Below, piece by piece: positions 25,370 through 39,107 of a stretch of DNA of 64,000 bases (within the stretch, counting starts at the first letter, position 1; each line of letters starts with the position of its first letter). The position numbers and the translations under genes were made by a program. The notes under the pieces were generated by a model. That model worked only from the letters and a program-made list of their open reading frames with translations. It was not told where the DNA came from and made no database searches. Origin of the DNA: Eledone cirrhosa (taxonomy: Eukaryota); NCBI GenBank assembly GCA_964016885.1, contig OZ024751.1:42346001-42410000 (forward strand), read 5' to 3'.

Positions 25370-25710
25370 GGAGGCACATGGCTTAGTGGTTAGAGCATTG
25401 GCCTTGCAATCGAAAGGTTGTGAGTTCAATTCTCAGACCGGGTGATGTGTTGTTTCCTTGAGCAAGACACTTTATTTCACATTGCTCCAGTTTATTCAGC
25501 TGTAGAAATGAGATCCTAGGGACTGGGGTCCCTATCATTCCACTGCAAAGTGGTCGTGGGGGTGCCACGGCAAAAAAGCACCCAGCACTCACTGTAAATG
25601 AGGTTGGTGTTAGGAAGGGCATCCAGCTGTAGAAATCAAGCCAGAATCAGTTCCCGTCCCACCCTTGCAAGCAGGGAAAAGTGGACGTAAAATGAAATGA
25701 TGAATGATGA
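25370..25710 (+). mobile_element. Full-length SINE family B
   Basis: tRNA head with A and B boxes, CORE-like segment, tail GGAAGGGCATCCAGCTGTAGAAATCAAGCC...GGACGTAAAATGAAATGATGA. Confidence 0.88.
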
Positions 25711-26439
25711 TATGTAGCTTTAATTATATATGGATAAATGTAGTTGGTGTTAGGAAGGGCATCAGGCATGTCGGTGTCATGACAAAAAGCACTGAGTCTA
25801 CACTGTAAATATGATTGATGGTGATGATGATGATGATGAGGATGGTGATGGTGACATTGATGATGAAGGTGATGATGATGACGATGATGATGATGATGAT
25901 GATGATGACAATGATGATGCTATTGATGATGACAGTGATGATGCTATTGATGATGATGATGATTATAGCTGCTTTGTTATGAAAACAGTGTTATACATAA
26001 TTAAAAGAAATAATATCCATCCATCATATATATTCTGATGTCAATGCAATCATGAAATTCTTAATTAAGGATATATGTGGCCTCTGGTATGGAGATTTAA
26101 TGAGAGTTGCTCAGAAATATTGTGAATACACTGTCTATAGTAGGATATATATATATGTATACACTCTCTATAGTAAGATATATATATATATATATACCTG
26201 CCAGACAGTCCACGCTGTAATGTGGCCGTGTAGGCAACACGGTAAAAACCTCCCAGCCCCACACTGTAAATGTGGTTGGTGTTAGGAAGGGCATCCAACT
26301 GTAGAAAACCCGCCAGACAGTCCTATGCGAGCAAGACAACCACTCTTGCCTCAAGTGGGAAAACTCCCGTCCAAACCCATGCAAGCATGGAACACGGACG
26401 TTAAACGATGATGATGATGATGATGATATATATATATAT

Positions 26440-26885
26440 ATACACTGCCTATAGTAAGATACATATATATATATATATACTGTCTATAGTAAGATATATA
26501 TACTGTCTATAGTAAGATATATATACTGTCTATAGTAAGATAAATATACTGCCTATAGTAAGATATATATATACTGCCTATAGTAAGATATATATACTGC
26601 CTATAGTAAATTATATATAAATATACGGCCTATAGTAAGTTATATATGAATATACTGCCTATAGTAAGATATACGTACTGCCTATAGCAAGATATATATA
26701 CACTGCCTATAGTAAGTTATATACACTGCCTATAGTAAGATATATACACTGCCTATAGTAAGTTATATACACTGCCTATAGTAAGCTATATACACTGCCT
26801 ATAGTAAGTTATATACACTGCCTATAGTAAGCTATATACACTGCCTATAGTAAGTTATATAAATGCTATACTGCCTATAGTAAGA
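26440..26885. repeat. ~22-24-bp minisatellite (TACACTGCCTATAGTAAGATATA)
   Basis: About 18 visible copies. Confidence 0.9.
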
Positions 26886-26989
26886 CTGGTACATTTTTAT
26901 ATCGATCTCAAATGGGTGAAAGGCAAAGTTGACCTCAGGAGGATTTGAACTCAGAGATCAGAAAGTCGAAATGAATACCACAAGGCATA

Positions 26990-27617
26990 ACAGTAATATA
27001 CGTGAACGACAAAGCATAAATGAATTGAGAGAGAGACTGAGCATAAGAGGAATCAAATGCTGTGTGCAGGAGAGGCGGTTGCGCTGGTATGGACATGTGA
27101 TGCGTATGAAGGATGACAGCTGCATAAAAAGGTGCAGAGCACTAGAAGTCGATGGAAACCGCGGAGTGGGGAGACCCAAGATGACCTGGGATGAGGTGAT
27201 AAAAGCCAACCTTACCCAATTACACCTCTCAAAGGCGATGACACACGACCGTGACCTCTGGTGTCACGCAGTAATACAGAGTACCCGACTTCTCATGGGT
27301 ACAAGCTGAAGCATATAGACAATATGCCCCCACACACCCCACTGCAAGGTGGTCGTGGAGGTGCCACGGCAAAAAAGCACCCAGCCCACACTGTAAAGTG
27401 GATGTGTAGGCGCCACGAAAAAGCACCCAACACTCACTGTAAATGAGGTTGGTGTTAGGAAGGGCATCCAGCTGTAGAAATCAAGCCAAATCAGTTCCTG
27501 TATGAGCAAGGCATGGTCAGCCAACCAGACACTGTCCACAACAGGACAACCCGTCTAACCCATGCTAGCGTGGAAGAACGGACGTAAAACGGTGATGATG
27601 ATGATGATGATGATGAT
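26990..27617 (+). mobile_element. RTE-type LINE 3' end with 3' UTR and (GAT)n tail
   Basis: RRLRWYGHVMRM...RGVGRPKMTW motif, stop at 27309, UTR shared with SINE B. Confidence 0.88.
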
Positions 27618-29024
27618 TCTATCCGACGTTCTAACAACTCTACCAGATCACCAGCTTTTAAATTACTTATATCTGTACTAAAGAAACAACAATCCATGGA
27701 AGACATCTTTTGTCTTAAAAATCCTTGTCTTAAGGGGAAGAATCAATAAACTAATAAAAGTATCAATTACAACTAACACATAGAGGATTATTGTTGTCAT
27801 AGTTATGTTAACAATATTAATCCAACAATATCTATTGATTTAGTTTATTATATGAAAAATATCTTCTGCTTCAAATAACATTCAACTATTTCTATCAGCA
27901 ATAGCAACCCAAGTTATTTTTAATGATCTCTCTCTCATAAATAATATTAAAACAGCAACAACACAGGAATTAAGATGTCTCTTTTCAGTTTTAGTTGCCC
28001 ATTAGTGTAGGAGTTAATGCACATGTATGGTATTCAAGAGAAACAAGGTTCAATTCCTGGTAGATGCTTCTATCCATTTTTTTTTTCTATCTTTCAGAGT
28101 ATTTTATCCAAATTTCTCTGCTATTGTAAATCTGTTTCAAGCCTGAAGACTCAACAAGATGGTGGTTATCCTGGTTTCCATGACATTATGAAAGGGGAGG
28201 TAACCCTCGATTGTTTTGAACCCAAGTATTTCACTGGTATTTTATTTTATTGACCTCGCAAAGATGAAAGGCAAAGTTGACCTTGGCAGGACTTGATAGT
28301 ATCAGCAATAGAAAGACCAACGGAAACATTGTTTCCTTGGCCCGATTTAACGAGTTCCATGTCATTCAGTAAACGAATGAGGTCTGTGATTTTGTTGATC
28401 AATTCCTTGACAGAATTTGATAGTATCTGCTATGAAAAGACCAATGGAAACATTGTTTCCTTGGTCCAATTTAACAAGCTCCACCTCACTCGGTAAACAA
28501 ATGAGGTCTGGTATCTTGTTGTTGATCAATTCCTTCCTTCTTATCTAAGAAACAGTATAATTCTGGTGTCTAGATAGATATGAACCCTATATCTTTGTGT
28601 TACAAGACTGACACCCTTACCCAAATGTAGCTATTTTGGACAGAATTTGTATAGAATTACATAAAGGCTAGAAGAAAGGAGCCATAAATATAGCAAGAAA
28701 GAGATATATTCTGAACTGAACAAAACGGAACTGGGCTACCAGACTGAAGTAGAAATAAATAATAAAGTAAGAAAGAACTAAAAGTTTTAATGATGAAAGG
28801 GATGAAGAATAATATTTGCAGTCTTAGAATCTTGATAAGCAAATAGCAAAGTAGAAATAGAAGAAATTATCAAGAAACACAAGCAATCGTACGAGAAATA
28901 TCCCTTTAAAGTTACTAAAATATCAAAGATAGAGAAGTAGTAGAATTTTCTGAGAAAAATGGTGAAGGAATTTTTCAATGCAGGATATCATGTTGGGAAT
29001 AATCTAAAATAATCTACTAAGACA

Positions 29025-29082
29025 TATATATATATATGTATGTGTATATATATATATATGTATGTGTATATATATATATATG

Positions 29083-29153
<71 letters not shown>

Positions 29154-29266
29154 GTGTATATATATATATATATCATCATCATCATCATCGTTTAACGTCC
29201 ATGTTCCACGCTTGCATATATATATACATATATACATATGTATATATGTATGTATATATATATATG

Positions 29267-29301
<35 letters not shown>

Positions 29302-29302
29302 G

Positions 29303-29337
<35 letters not shown>

Positions 29338-29635
29338 GTATATATGTATGTATATATATGTATATATGTATGTATATATATGTATATGTGTATGTATGTA
29401 TATATATATGTACATATATATGTATATATATCTATAGCGTGGAAAGTGGACGTTAAACGAGGATGATGATGATGATGATGTATATATATATGTATGTATA
29501 TATATATGTATATATATGTATGTATATATATATGTATATATATATATATATATGTATGTATATATATATATGTATGTACGTATATATATATATTTATGTA
29601 TATGTGTATATATATGTATATGTATATATATATAG

Positions 29636-29673
<38 letters not shown>

Positions 29674-29726
29674 ATGTATGTGTGTATGTGTGTATGTATA
29701 TATATATATATATATGTGTGTGTGCG

Positions 29727-29759
<33 letters not shown>

Positions 29760-29776
29760 ATGTATATATATATATA

Positions 29777-29821
<45 letters not shown>

Positions 29822-29850
29822 ATATATAGATATATATATATGTGTGTGTG
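29025..29850. repeat. (TA)n/(TATG)n microsatellite field
   Basis: Direct inspection. Confidence 0.95.
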
Positions 29851-30248
29851 TGTATTCATTGATGCCATTCGATATAGGTTTACCATTCTATGAAGAATTC
29901 CATTCAAATTTGAGAATGAAAGAAAAAATAGTTCAGTAGTATTCATAGAAGAAACTGCACCGTAAGCCTAGAAAAGAAGCAAACTGTAGAATTGTGAACA
30001 AGATTTATTAAAATATATACAGTATGTGATATTTGGAAGATCAGAGCTATGTTGAAGTGGTAGGAAATGGAGAAGATTGTTCATTGAAATAACCACAATG
30101 ATGGATTAGATATGTTATATATACTGTGTGTATATATATATACGTAATTGTTTCTACTTTAGGCACAAGGCCAGCAATTACCCAGTACATTACTGGTACT
30201 TTATTTTATCGACCCCGTAAGGATGAAAGGCAAAGTCAACCTCTATAT

Positions 30249-30424
30249 ACAATTGTTTCACCTTAGCGGAACCTCAGCTCGTAATTACGAGCTGAGGATC
30301 TGCTAAGGTGAAACAATTGTTCTCGGTATGGTGAACTAACTGTTGTGTAACCACTTCTACCTAACTCGTCACATAGACTGAGTGCTCTACCACTACGGAT
30401 ATTACCTTCCAGTGTTCTACCACT
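30249..30424 (+). mobile_element. Short element starting with a 72-bp near-perfect palindrome that contains a hammerhead motif; ends in (TA)n
   Basis: Palindrome 30249-30320 centred at 30284/30285 with 2 mismatches; unique 3' extension to CCAC(TA)n. Confidence 0.6.
30288..30325 (+). ncRNA. Minimal type-I hammerhead ribozyme motif
   Basis: Stem I CGAG/CTCG, core CTGAGGA, weak stem II T-CT(GCTAA)GG-T (the mirror arm has CC/GG), GAAA, palindromic ACAATTGT, GUU triplet. Confidence 0.6.
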
Positions 30425-30498
30425 ATATATATATAGAGAGAGAGATAGATACATATGGTCATGTTTGTAAAGTCAAATCACCACCACCACTACCACCA

Positions 30499-30536
<38 letters not shown>

Positions 30537-30844
30537 CTTTTTCAGTGGTCCAATTTTTTTCTTGAAGCAAATTGTATTTTTATTTCTGTAAACAATTTCT
30601 AAGAAAACTTGTTTTTCAAGTCATTTCTACTTCATGTTGTAAAACACTCTGAATCTTTTATTCTGCTATCAACTACATTCTCATTTTTGTTGATTATTTT
30701 TACAGTTGAATTTCATAATATGTTAGTAACAGAACTATTGTGGGAACCTGTATATAGAGGTTTCTTTTGCTTGAAATATCACCCAAATCTCCCTCAAATC
30801 ATTGTTATAATGTCTTAGAAATGGAGACATTGAATAATATAGTC

Positions 30845-31285
30845 TTAACCCTTTAGCATTTAAACTGGCCATATCCGGCCAGAATTCTCTCACCTCTTTC
30901 TGTTCAAACCATCCATAACTGGCCATTCTTACTGATATTAAGTTATTGTTCTCAAAATAAATAATATCAAAATCTCGTAGATTCGATATTATGTATGGTA
31001 AAGCCTTTACCACAAAAATACAATAGTATATATAGAGTAATGTAAATGTTAAAGGGTTAACCCTTTAGCATTTACAGTAATCTATATATACTATTGTATT
31101 TTCACAATAAAGGCTTTATCTTACATAATTATCTCACATAATATCGAATCTACGAGATTTTGATGTTATTTATTTTGAGAACAATACCTTAACGTCAGTA
31201 TGAACGGCCAATTACAGTTGGTTTGAACAGGAAGAGGTGAGAGAACTCTGGTCGGATATGGCCAGTTTAAATGCTAAAGGGTTAA
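30845..31285. mobile_element. Two piggyBac-like MITEs in inverted orientation sharing one central TTAA (31057-31060)
   Basis: TTAA-CCCTTTAG...AAAGGG-TTAA-CCCTTTAG...CTAAAGGG-TTAA. Confidence 0.88.
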
Positions 31286-31979
31286 AGGGACTGTGTTTAA
31301 GTGAGAAAGAAAGATGGGCTGAACATAGTTGGAATATGGAATGTCTTTGACCAGCAGTTAAACAACAACAACAACACAAGCAACAGTAACAGCAACAAAA
31401 CAAAAACAACAACAATGTCAACAACAATAGCAATAATAACAATAACAACATTTATTAATGATTTATTAAGGATTACAAAATTAAATTAATGACAAAATAT
31501 TCCTTTTAACTAAGCAATTAATTTATTCCATGTTGCCATATAGTAAAATAAAAAAACAAAAAAAAAATGAGACCTCCCCAGCCCCCAGGGGTGGGTGACC
31601 TTAAGCTATAACTTATTTAGTTTATAAGTAAATCCTGCACTACTGTAGGATGTTCAGCCTATGGTAAATATAAAATGAAACAAAACACAAGCAAAAAATA
31701 CAAAAAAAAACAACAACTAAAAGACCCCCCATTTCCCCACCCCACAAAAGACACAACAAAAAACACACAAAAAAAACACCAACCACACACAAAGGTACAA
31801 AAAAAAAGAAGAAAACACCCACACACACAAAAAGAACCGGCAGTACTTAATAAACTTTGTTTATTTGAAAAATATGTAAAACAAAGCTGTGTTAAACAAG
31901 GAGTTATTGTAGATCAACTGAAATATAAGGGACAGTTTATTAGATGTGTTAACTGGAAAAAGATGTAAAGCAAAACTAT

Positions 31980-32000
31980 GTATGTATGTGTGTATGTATG

Positions 32001-32053
<53 letters not shown>

Positions 32054-32098
32054 TCATCATCATCGTTTAACATCCATCTTCCACACTAGGATATATAC

Positions 32099-32169
<71 letters not shown>

Positions 32170-32262
32170 TATGTATATTTATATATGTGTATATATATAT
32201 ATATATATAAATATATACGTATATATATATCATCACCGTTTTACGGCCATTTTTCCATGCTA

Positions 32263-32327
<65 letters not shown>

Positions 32328-32338
32328 CATATACATGC

Positions 32339-32370
<32 letters not shown>

Positions 32371-32405
32371 TTATATACATATACATATATATGCATATAT
32401 ATATG

Positions 32406-32448
<43 letters not shown>

Positions 32449-32536
32449 GTATATATATATATTAAGAGAAAAAAAACGATATATATGTACACATATGTAT
32501 ACACACAGAGATGGTGTGCAGAGCCGAGGGACAGCC

Positions 32537-32578
<42 letters not shown>

Positions 32579-32735
32579 TGTGTGTAGGATATTATATTGA
32601 CTGTGTTGTGGTAATATTCCAATACCATTATTGCCCCACAAGCAGTTATTCAGATCTAGTGAAACAAACTAGATATTATAAAACAACACACAAACATAGC
32701 AAGTAAAGAGATTAGAATATTTCAAACAACCAACT

Positions 32736-32769
<34 letters not shown>

Positions 32770-32799
32770 TATTAATATGTATACATATGTGTGTGGGTG

Positions 32800-32847
<48 letters not shown>

Positions 32848-32965
32848 TATTTATTTATATATATATATATTTATATGTATCTAGATATATGTATATATAG
32901 ATATATGTGTATATATATGTATATATGTATATATATAGATATATGTATATATACATATGTGTATA

Positions 32966-33052
<87 letters not shown>

Positions 33053-33239
33053 GAGTGTATATATATATGTGTGTGTGTGTGTATATATATTTGTATATAT
33101 ATATATGTGTGTATACATATATATGTATATATATATATATATATATATACATATGTATATATACATATGTATATATATGTATATATATGTACACGTTTAC
33201 TTGTTGCACAGACACGCACACACACACACACACACTCAC

Positions 33240-33304
<65 letters not shown>

Positions 33305-33355
33305 TATATATGTATATACATACACACACACACATATATATGTATATACATACAC
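31980..33355. repeat. (TA)n-rich microsatellite field
   Basis: Direct inspection. Confidence 0.95.
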
Positions 33356-33589
33356 ATAACTGTCGTTGAGGTGGATGAAGTGCTATAAACTGAAACACAT
33401 AATATCATATATACCATTGATTTATGGTTGCTTAGTGGTGGTGGTGGGGTGATGGTGGTGGTGGTGGTGTATTGGTGGTGGTATAGTGCTGCTGTGTGGT
33501 GGGGGTTGGGCGGTGGTGGTGCTATGGTTGTAGTGGACATCTTAGATAGCTGAGAGAGATACATCTTTTTCCAAATTATCATCCCCACC

Positions 33590-33877
33590 AATCCACCACC
33601 ACTACCACCACCAACAACAACAACACCACCACCACCAACTACAGCACCTCCAATCTATGACCACCACCACCACCACCACGAATACACCACCACCACCACG
33701 AATACACCACCACCACCACCACCACCACCACCACCACCACCAACACCACCACCACCACCACCAACAACACCACCACCACCAATACACCACCACCACCACC
33801 ACCTCCTCTACCACCACCACCACCACCACCACCACCTCCACCACCACCACCACCAACAACAACACCACTACCACCAC

Positions 33878-33908
<31 letters not shown>

Positions 33909-34870
33909 ACCACCACCACCACGACCAATACACCACCACCACCACCACCACCACCACCACCACCAACACCACCACCACCACCACCAATACACCACCACCA
34001 CCACCACCACCAATACACCACCACCACCACCTCCACCACCACCACCACCACCACCACCAATACCCCCCCCCCAACCTCCACCACCACCACCACCACCACC
34101 ACCAATACCCCCCCCCCCACACCTCCACCACCACCACCACCACCACCACCACCACCGCTACCACCACCTCCACTACCACCACCACCACCACCACGACCAA
34201 TACACCACGACCACCACCACCACCACCACCACCACCACCACCACCAATACACCACCACCACCAATACACTACCACCACCACCTCCACCTCCACCACCACC
34301 AACACCACCACCAATACACCCCCACACCTCCACCACCACCTCCACCACCGCCAATACCCCCCCACACCTCCACCACCACCTCCACCACCACCACCACCAC
34401 CACCACCACCACCACCTCCACTACCACTACCACCACCACCACCACCACCACCACCACCACCACTACCACCTCCACCTCCACCACCACCACCACCACCACC
34501 ACCACCACCACCACCACCACCACCACCACCACCACCACCACTACCACCACCACCACCACCACCACCACCACCACCACCACCACCACCTCCACCACCACCA
34601 CCACCACCACCACCACCAACACCACCACCACCACCACCTCCACCACCACCACCACCACCACCACCAACACCACCACCACCACCACCTCCACCACCACCAC
34701 CACCACCACCACCACCACCACCACCACCACCACCACCACCACCACCTCCACCACCACCACCACCACCACCACCACCACCACCTCCACCACCACCACCACC
34801 ACCACCACCAACACCACCACCACCACCACCTCCACCACCACCACCACCACCACCACCACCACCACCACTA
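33590..34870. repeat. (CCA)n trinucleotide microsatellite field
   Basis: Direct inspection; source of the poly-T/P/H ORFs. Confidence 0.95.
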
Positions 34871-34927
34871 TCCTACTCTAGTTATATATAGTTTATACAT
34901 CAACAATTTCTAACATTATTGCTAGTA

Positions 34928-35315
34928 AGGGTGGTCGATTGGCAGTATCGGTAGAGGGTCGGACGCCATGCTTTCACGTATAGAGTTACGCCCCTTTATG
35001 ATCTGAGTTCAAATCCCGCCGAGGTTAACTTTGCCTTTCATCCTTACGGGGTCGATAAAATAAAGTACCAGTAATGCACTGGGATAATTACTGGCCTTGT
35101 GCCAAAAGTAGAAACAATTATTGCTAGTAATATTGGCGGTGTATTGGCAGTATCGGTAGAGGGTCGGACGCCATGCTTTGAAGCGTAGAGTTACGGCCCT
35201 TTATGATCTGAGTTCAAATTCCGCCGAGGTTAACTTTGCCTTTCATCCTTACGGGGTCGATAAAATAAAGTACCAGTAATGTACTGGGTGATTGCTGGCC
35301 TTGTGCCAAATATAG
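34928..35315 (+). mobile_element. Two adjacent SINE A copies
   Basis: Match to the family consensus. Confidence 0.85.
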
Positions 35316-35539
35316 ACACCATATTATTACTATTATCATTAATTTCTTTATCAATATTATTATCAATACTAATATTATTGTCAGTATTATTATCATTATT
35401 ATGAATTTGGTATCTCATTGTTGTCATCATCATTGCAGCATAGAGTTATGGCCCTTTACATTCTGAGTTGAAATCCTGCCGAGGTGAACTTTGCCTTTTA
35501 TCCTTACCGGGTCGATTAAATAAAGTACCAGTCACAAAC

Positions 35540-35562
35540 TGTTGTTATGGTTGTTGTTGTGG

Positions 35563-35599
<37 letters not shown>

Positions 35600-36206
35600 G
35601 GTGGTGGTGGTGGTGGTGGTGGTGGTGGTTATTGCTGTTGTTGTTATTGTTGTTTTGGTTGTTGTAGTTGTAGTAGTTGTTATTGTTGTTGTGGTGGTGG
35701 TGGTTATTGTTGTTGTTGTGGTTGTTGTTGTTGTTATTGTTGTGGTGGTGGTGGTGGTTATTGTTGTTGTTGCTATTGTTGTTATGGTTGTTGTAGTTGT
35801 TGTGGTTGTTGTTGTTGTTGTGGTGGTGGTTATTGTTATGGTTGTTGTAATTGTTGTTGTTGTTGTTATTGTTGTTGTGGTGGCGGTTGTTGTTGTTGTT
35901 ATGGTTGTTGTAATTGTTGTTGTTGTTGTTGTTGTTGTGGTGGTGGTTATTGTTGTTATTGTGGTGGTTGTTGTTGTGGTGGTTGTTGTTGTGGTTGTTG
36001 TTGTTGTTGTTATGGTTGTTGTAGTTGTTGTTATGGTTGTGGTGGTGGTGGTTGTTGTTGTTGGTTGTTATGGTTGTTATAGTTGTTGTTGGTTGTTATG
36101 GTTGTTATAGTTGTTGTTGGTTGTTATGGTTGTTATAGTTGTTGTTGGTTGTTATGGTTGTTATAGTTGTTGTTGGTTGTTATGGTTGTTATAGTTGTTG
36201 TTGTTG
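35540..36206. repeat. (GTT/GGT)n microsatellite field
   Basis: Direct inspection; source of the poly-C/V ORFs. Confidence 0.95.
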
Positions 36207-36739
36207 TGTCTCAACACATCCGCCATTGTTGACATTTACCAAGTTCTAGTTGACACATTGTGTTTAAGTATTTAGTTTGCTCCAATAATTCGGAATTTTT
36301 TATAGCAATTTCTGTCAGGAATCTTGGTAACCTAACCTTGCTTAACATAGAACAACATGGACGACACTGTAGTTTAGAGGGGAGGGGGAGTGAGGGAGAG
36401 AGATGGAGGGAGGGAGATGGAGTGAAGGAGGGAGAGAGTGAGAGAAGGAGAGGGAGAGAGAGAGGGAGAGGAAGACATTATAAGCACTGCAGATACGTGT
36501 ATATTGCAAATATTGCAGGATCTCTTGAAATTGATCTCGGTGAAATATTTCAAATGTTGCAGAAGTTGTAACATTTTGAAGAAAACTTCATCATAAAACA
36601 CCACCACCACCACCACCACCACCACCATCATCATCACCATAAACCACCACCACCACTACCACCATCATCATCACCATCATCATCATAAATCACTATCACC
36701 ACCACCATCATCATCATCACCATCATCATAAACCACCAC

Positions 36740-36774
<35 letters not shown>

Positions 36775-36991
36775 CCATCATCATAAACCACCATCACCAC
36801 AGTGCCGGGATCTACATGGCTACATGGGCAGGGACATAATTTCACTGCTTGCCATAGGTACTACTGCCCATCTGTTTTGTAGAGGATTAGTAATTGATGA
36901 GGGCTGAAGTGTTATCTGGCTCTTCAGTCTTTGTGATGCTGTCTTTGTTATTTTGAGTATTCAAGATTGCTAAGAAACAACCCCAATTATG

Positions 36992-37823
36992 TAAGACCTC
37001 ATATTTGTAGTAACTTTGGTAGTTAAGACCTCATATTTGTAGTAACTTTGGTAGTTAAGGCCTTATATTTGTAGTAACTTTGGTAGTTAAGACCTCATAT
37101 TTGTAGTAACTTTGGTAGTTAAGGCCTTATATTTGTAGTAACTTTGGTAGTTAAGGCCTTATATTTGTAGTAACTTTGGTAGTTAAGACCTCATATTTGT
37201 AGTAACTTTGGTAGTTAAGGCCTTATATTTGTAGTAACTTTGGTAGTTAAGACCTCATATTTGTAGTAACTTTGGTAGTTAAGGCCTTATATTTGTAGTA
37301 ACTTTGGTAGTTAAGACCTCATATTTGTAGTAACTTTGGTAGTTAAGGCCTTATATTTGTAGTAACTTTGGTAGTTAAGGCCTTATATTTGTAGTAACTT
37401 TGGTAGTTAAGACCTCATATTTGTAGTAACTTTGGTAGTTAAGGCCTTATATTTGTAGTAACTTTGGTAGTTAAGACCTCATATTTGTAGTAACTTTGGT
37501 AGTTAAGACCTCATATTTGTAGTAACTTTGGTAGTTAAGACCTCATATTTGTAGTAACTTTGGTAGTTAAGACCTCATATTTGTAGTAACTTTGGTAGTT
37601 AAGACCTCATATTTGTAGTAACTTTGGTAGTTAAGGCCTTATATTTGTAGTAACTTTGGTAGTTAAGACCTTATATTTGTAGTAACTTTGGTAGTTAAGA
37701 CCTTATATTTGTAGTAACTTTGGTAGTTAAGACCTCATATTTGTAGTAACTTTGGTAGTTAAGACCTTATATTTGTAGTAACTTTGGTAGTTAAGACCTC
37801 ATATTTGTAGTAACTTTAGTAGT
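36992..37823. repeat. 32-bp minisatellite (~26 copies, two main variants)
   Basis: TAAG(A/G)CCT(C/T)ATATTTGTAGTAACTTTGGTAGT. Confidence 0.96.
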
Positions 37824-38409
37824 TCTATTTGTACTCATATGCTGTTCGTCTTTAGAACAATAATGTTTTTTTTTTTCAGCTTTTTTTATGTGTGAAGTGA
37901 TTCTGTCTTTTTGCTATTGATGGAGTCAAGATTGGCATGATGCCATTGAAGAATATTTTCAAGATCTCTGTAAATGTAATCAATGCAGGCTTGGCAGGAT
38001 GTGTCTAGGTTGCATGCGGGTGCTACTTGGGTGCAAACAGGGTGAAGTGAATGGTGGGTAATCTCTGCCTAAGTGTGAGTGAGTATTTGTTGGAGATGAG
38101 GGTAAGTGGATTGTTGATGTATTATAGAAAACAAGTGAAGCTAGGGCAAGAGAAATGAGAAGAGTATGGGTAGAAGGGTAAAGAGGAGGACTTTAATTCA
38201 GTAACTCTTAATACCCTGTACCTCATCAAACTGCATGAAACCACATCAAACCGGTTCAACAAAAGATTCTTGAAAAGGACAAAACAAGACTATGTCTGCA
38301 TCACATTAAATATTAAAGTCTTTGTTTTAATTCACAATGATCTGTCCACTAGTAAAAATATTATAAACATTTGAATTAACAAATCGCATGAAACCACATT
38401 AGCAAGACA

Positions 38410-38591
38410 TTTGGCAGTATCGGTAGAGGGTCGGATGCCATGCTTTCCAGCATAGTTACGTCCCTTTACGATCTGAGTTCAAATCCTGCCGAGGTTGACT
38501 TTGCCTTTCATCCTTACGGGGTCGATAAAATAAAGTACCAGTAATGCACTGGGTAATTGCTGGCCTTGTGCCTAACGTAGAAACAATTATT
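38410..38591 (+). mobile_element. SINE A copy
   Basis: Match to the family consensus. Confidence 0.85.
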
Positions 38592-38689
38592 GAAAAGTAC
38601 AAAACAGCACTATGGCTATATCACTTTAAAAACTCAAATCATTACCCTATTACAGTTAAAACATTTTCCTTACAATCTGACCACCTATA

Positions 38690-39107
38690 AATATAAATAA
38701 ATATACTTTAAACATTTAAATTAACAATCCCATTTTCAGATATTTTCTGCTGAATCATTACAGGATGTTAAGAGATAATACTGAAAATGTTTACAATGAT
38801 CTGTCCACTAGTAATAATACTATAAACATTTAAATTAAGAAACCCATTTTCAGATATTTTCTGCTGAATCATTACAGGATGTTTAGAGATAATACTGCAG
38901 ATTTTCACAATGATCTGTCCACCAGTAAAGATACTATAAACTTTTGAATTAACAAACTTAGATTTATATATTTTCTGCTGAATCATTACAGGATGTTTAG
39001 AAATAATACTGAAATTTTTCACAATGATTTGTCCACCAGTAATGATACTATAATCATTTGAATTAACAGACTCATTTCCAGCTATTTTCTGCTGAATCAT
39101 TACAGGA
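38690..39107. repeat. Diverged ~114-bp tandem repeat, interrupted by a CR1 insertion and resuming at ~40251-40360
   Basis: TTCTGCTGAATCATTACAGGATGTT recurs about every 114-115 bp. Confidence 0.8.

Noticed and set aside
25370-25445. tRNA genes at SINE heads
   Set aside because: A and B boxes are present but there is no complete cloverleaf; they continue into SINE bodies.
28640-30110. Purine-rich coding-like segments flanking a (TA)n field
   Set aside because: Multiple stops; possibly very degraded LINE sequence, but no diagnostic motif could be confirmed.
33602-36110. Long poly-His/Pro/Thr/Cys/Val ORFs (e.g. 418 aa at 33657, Cys-rich 204 aa at 35468)
   Set aside because: They are translations of (CCA)n and (GTT)n microsatellites, open in several frames on both strands.
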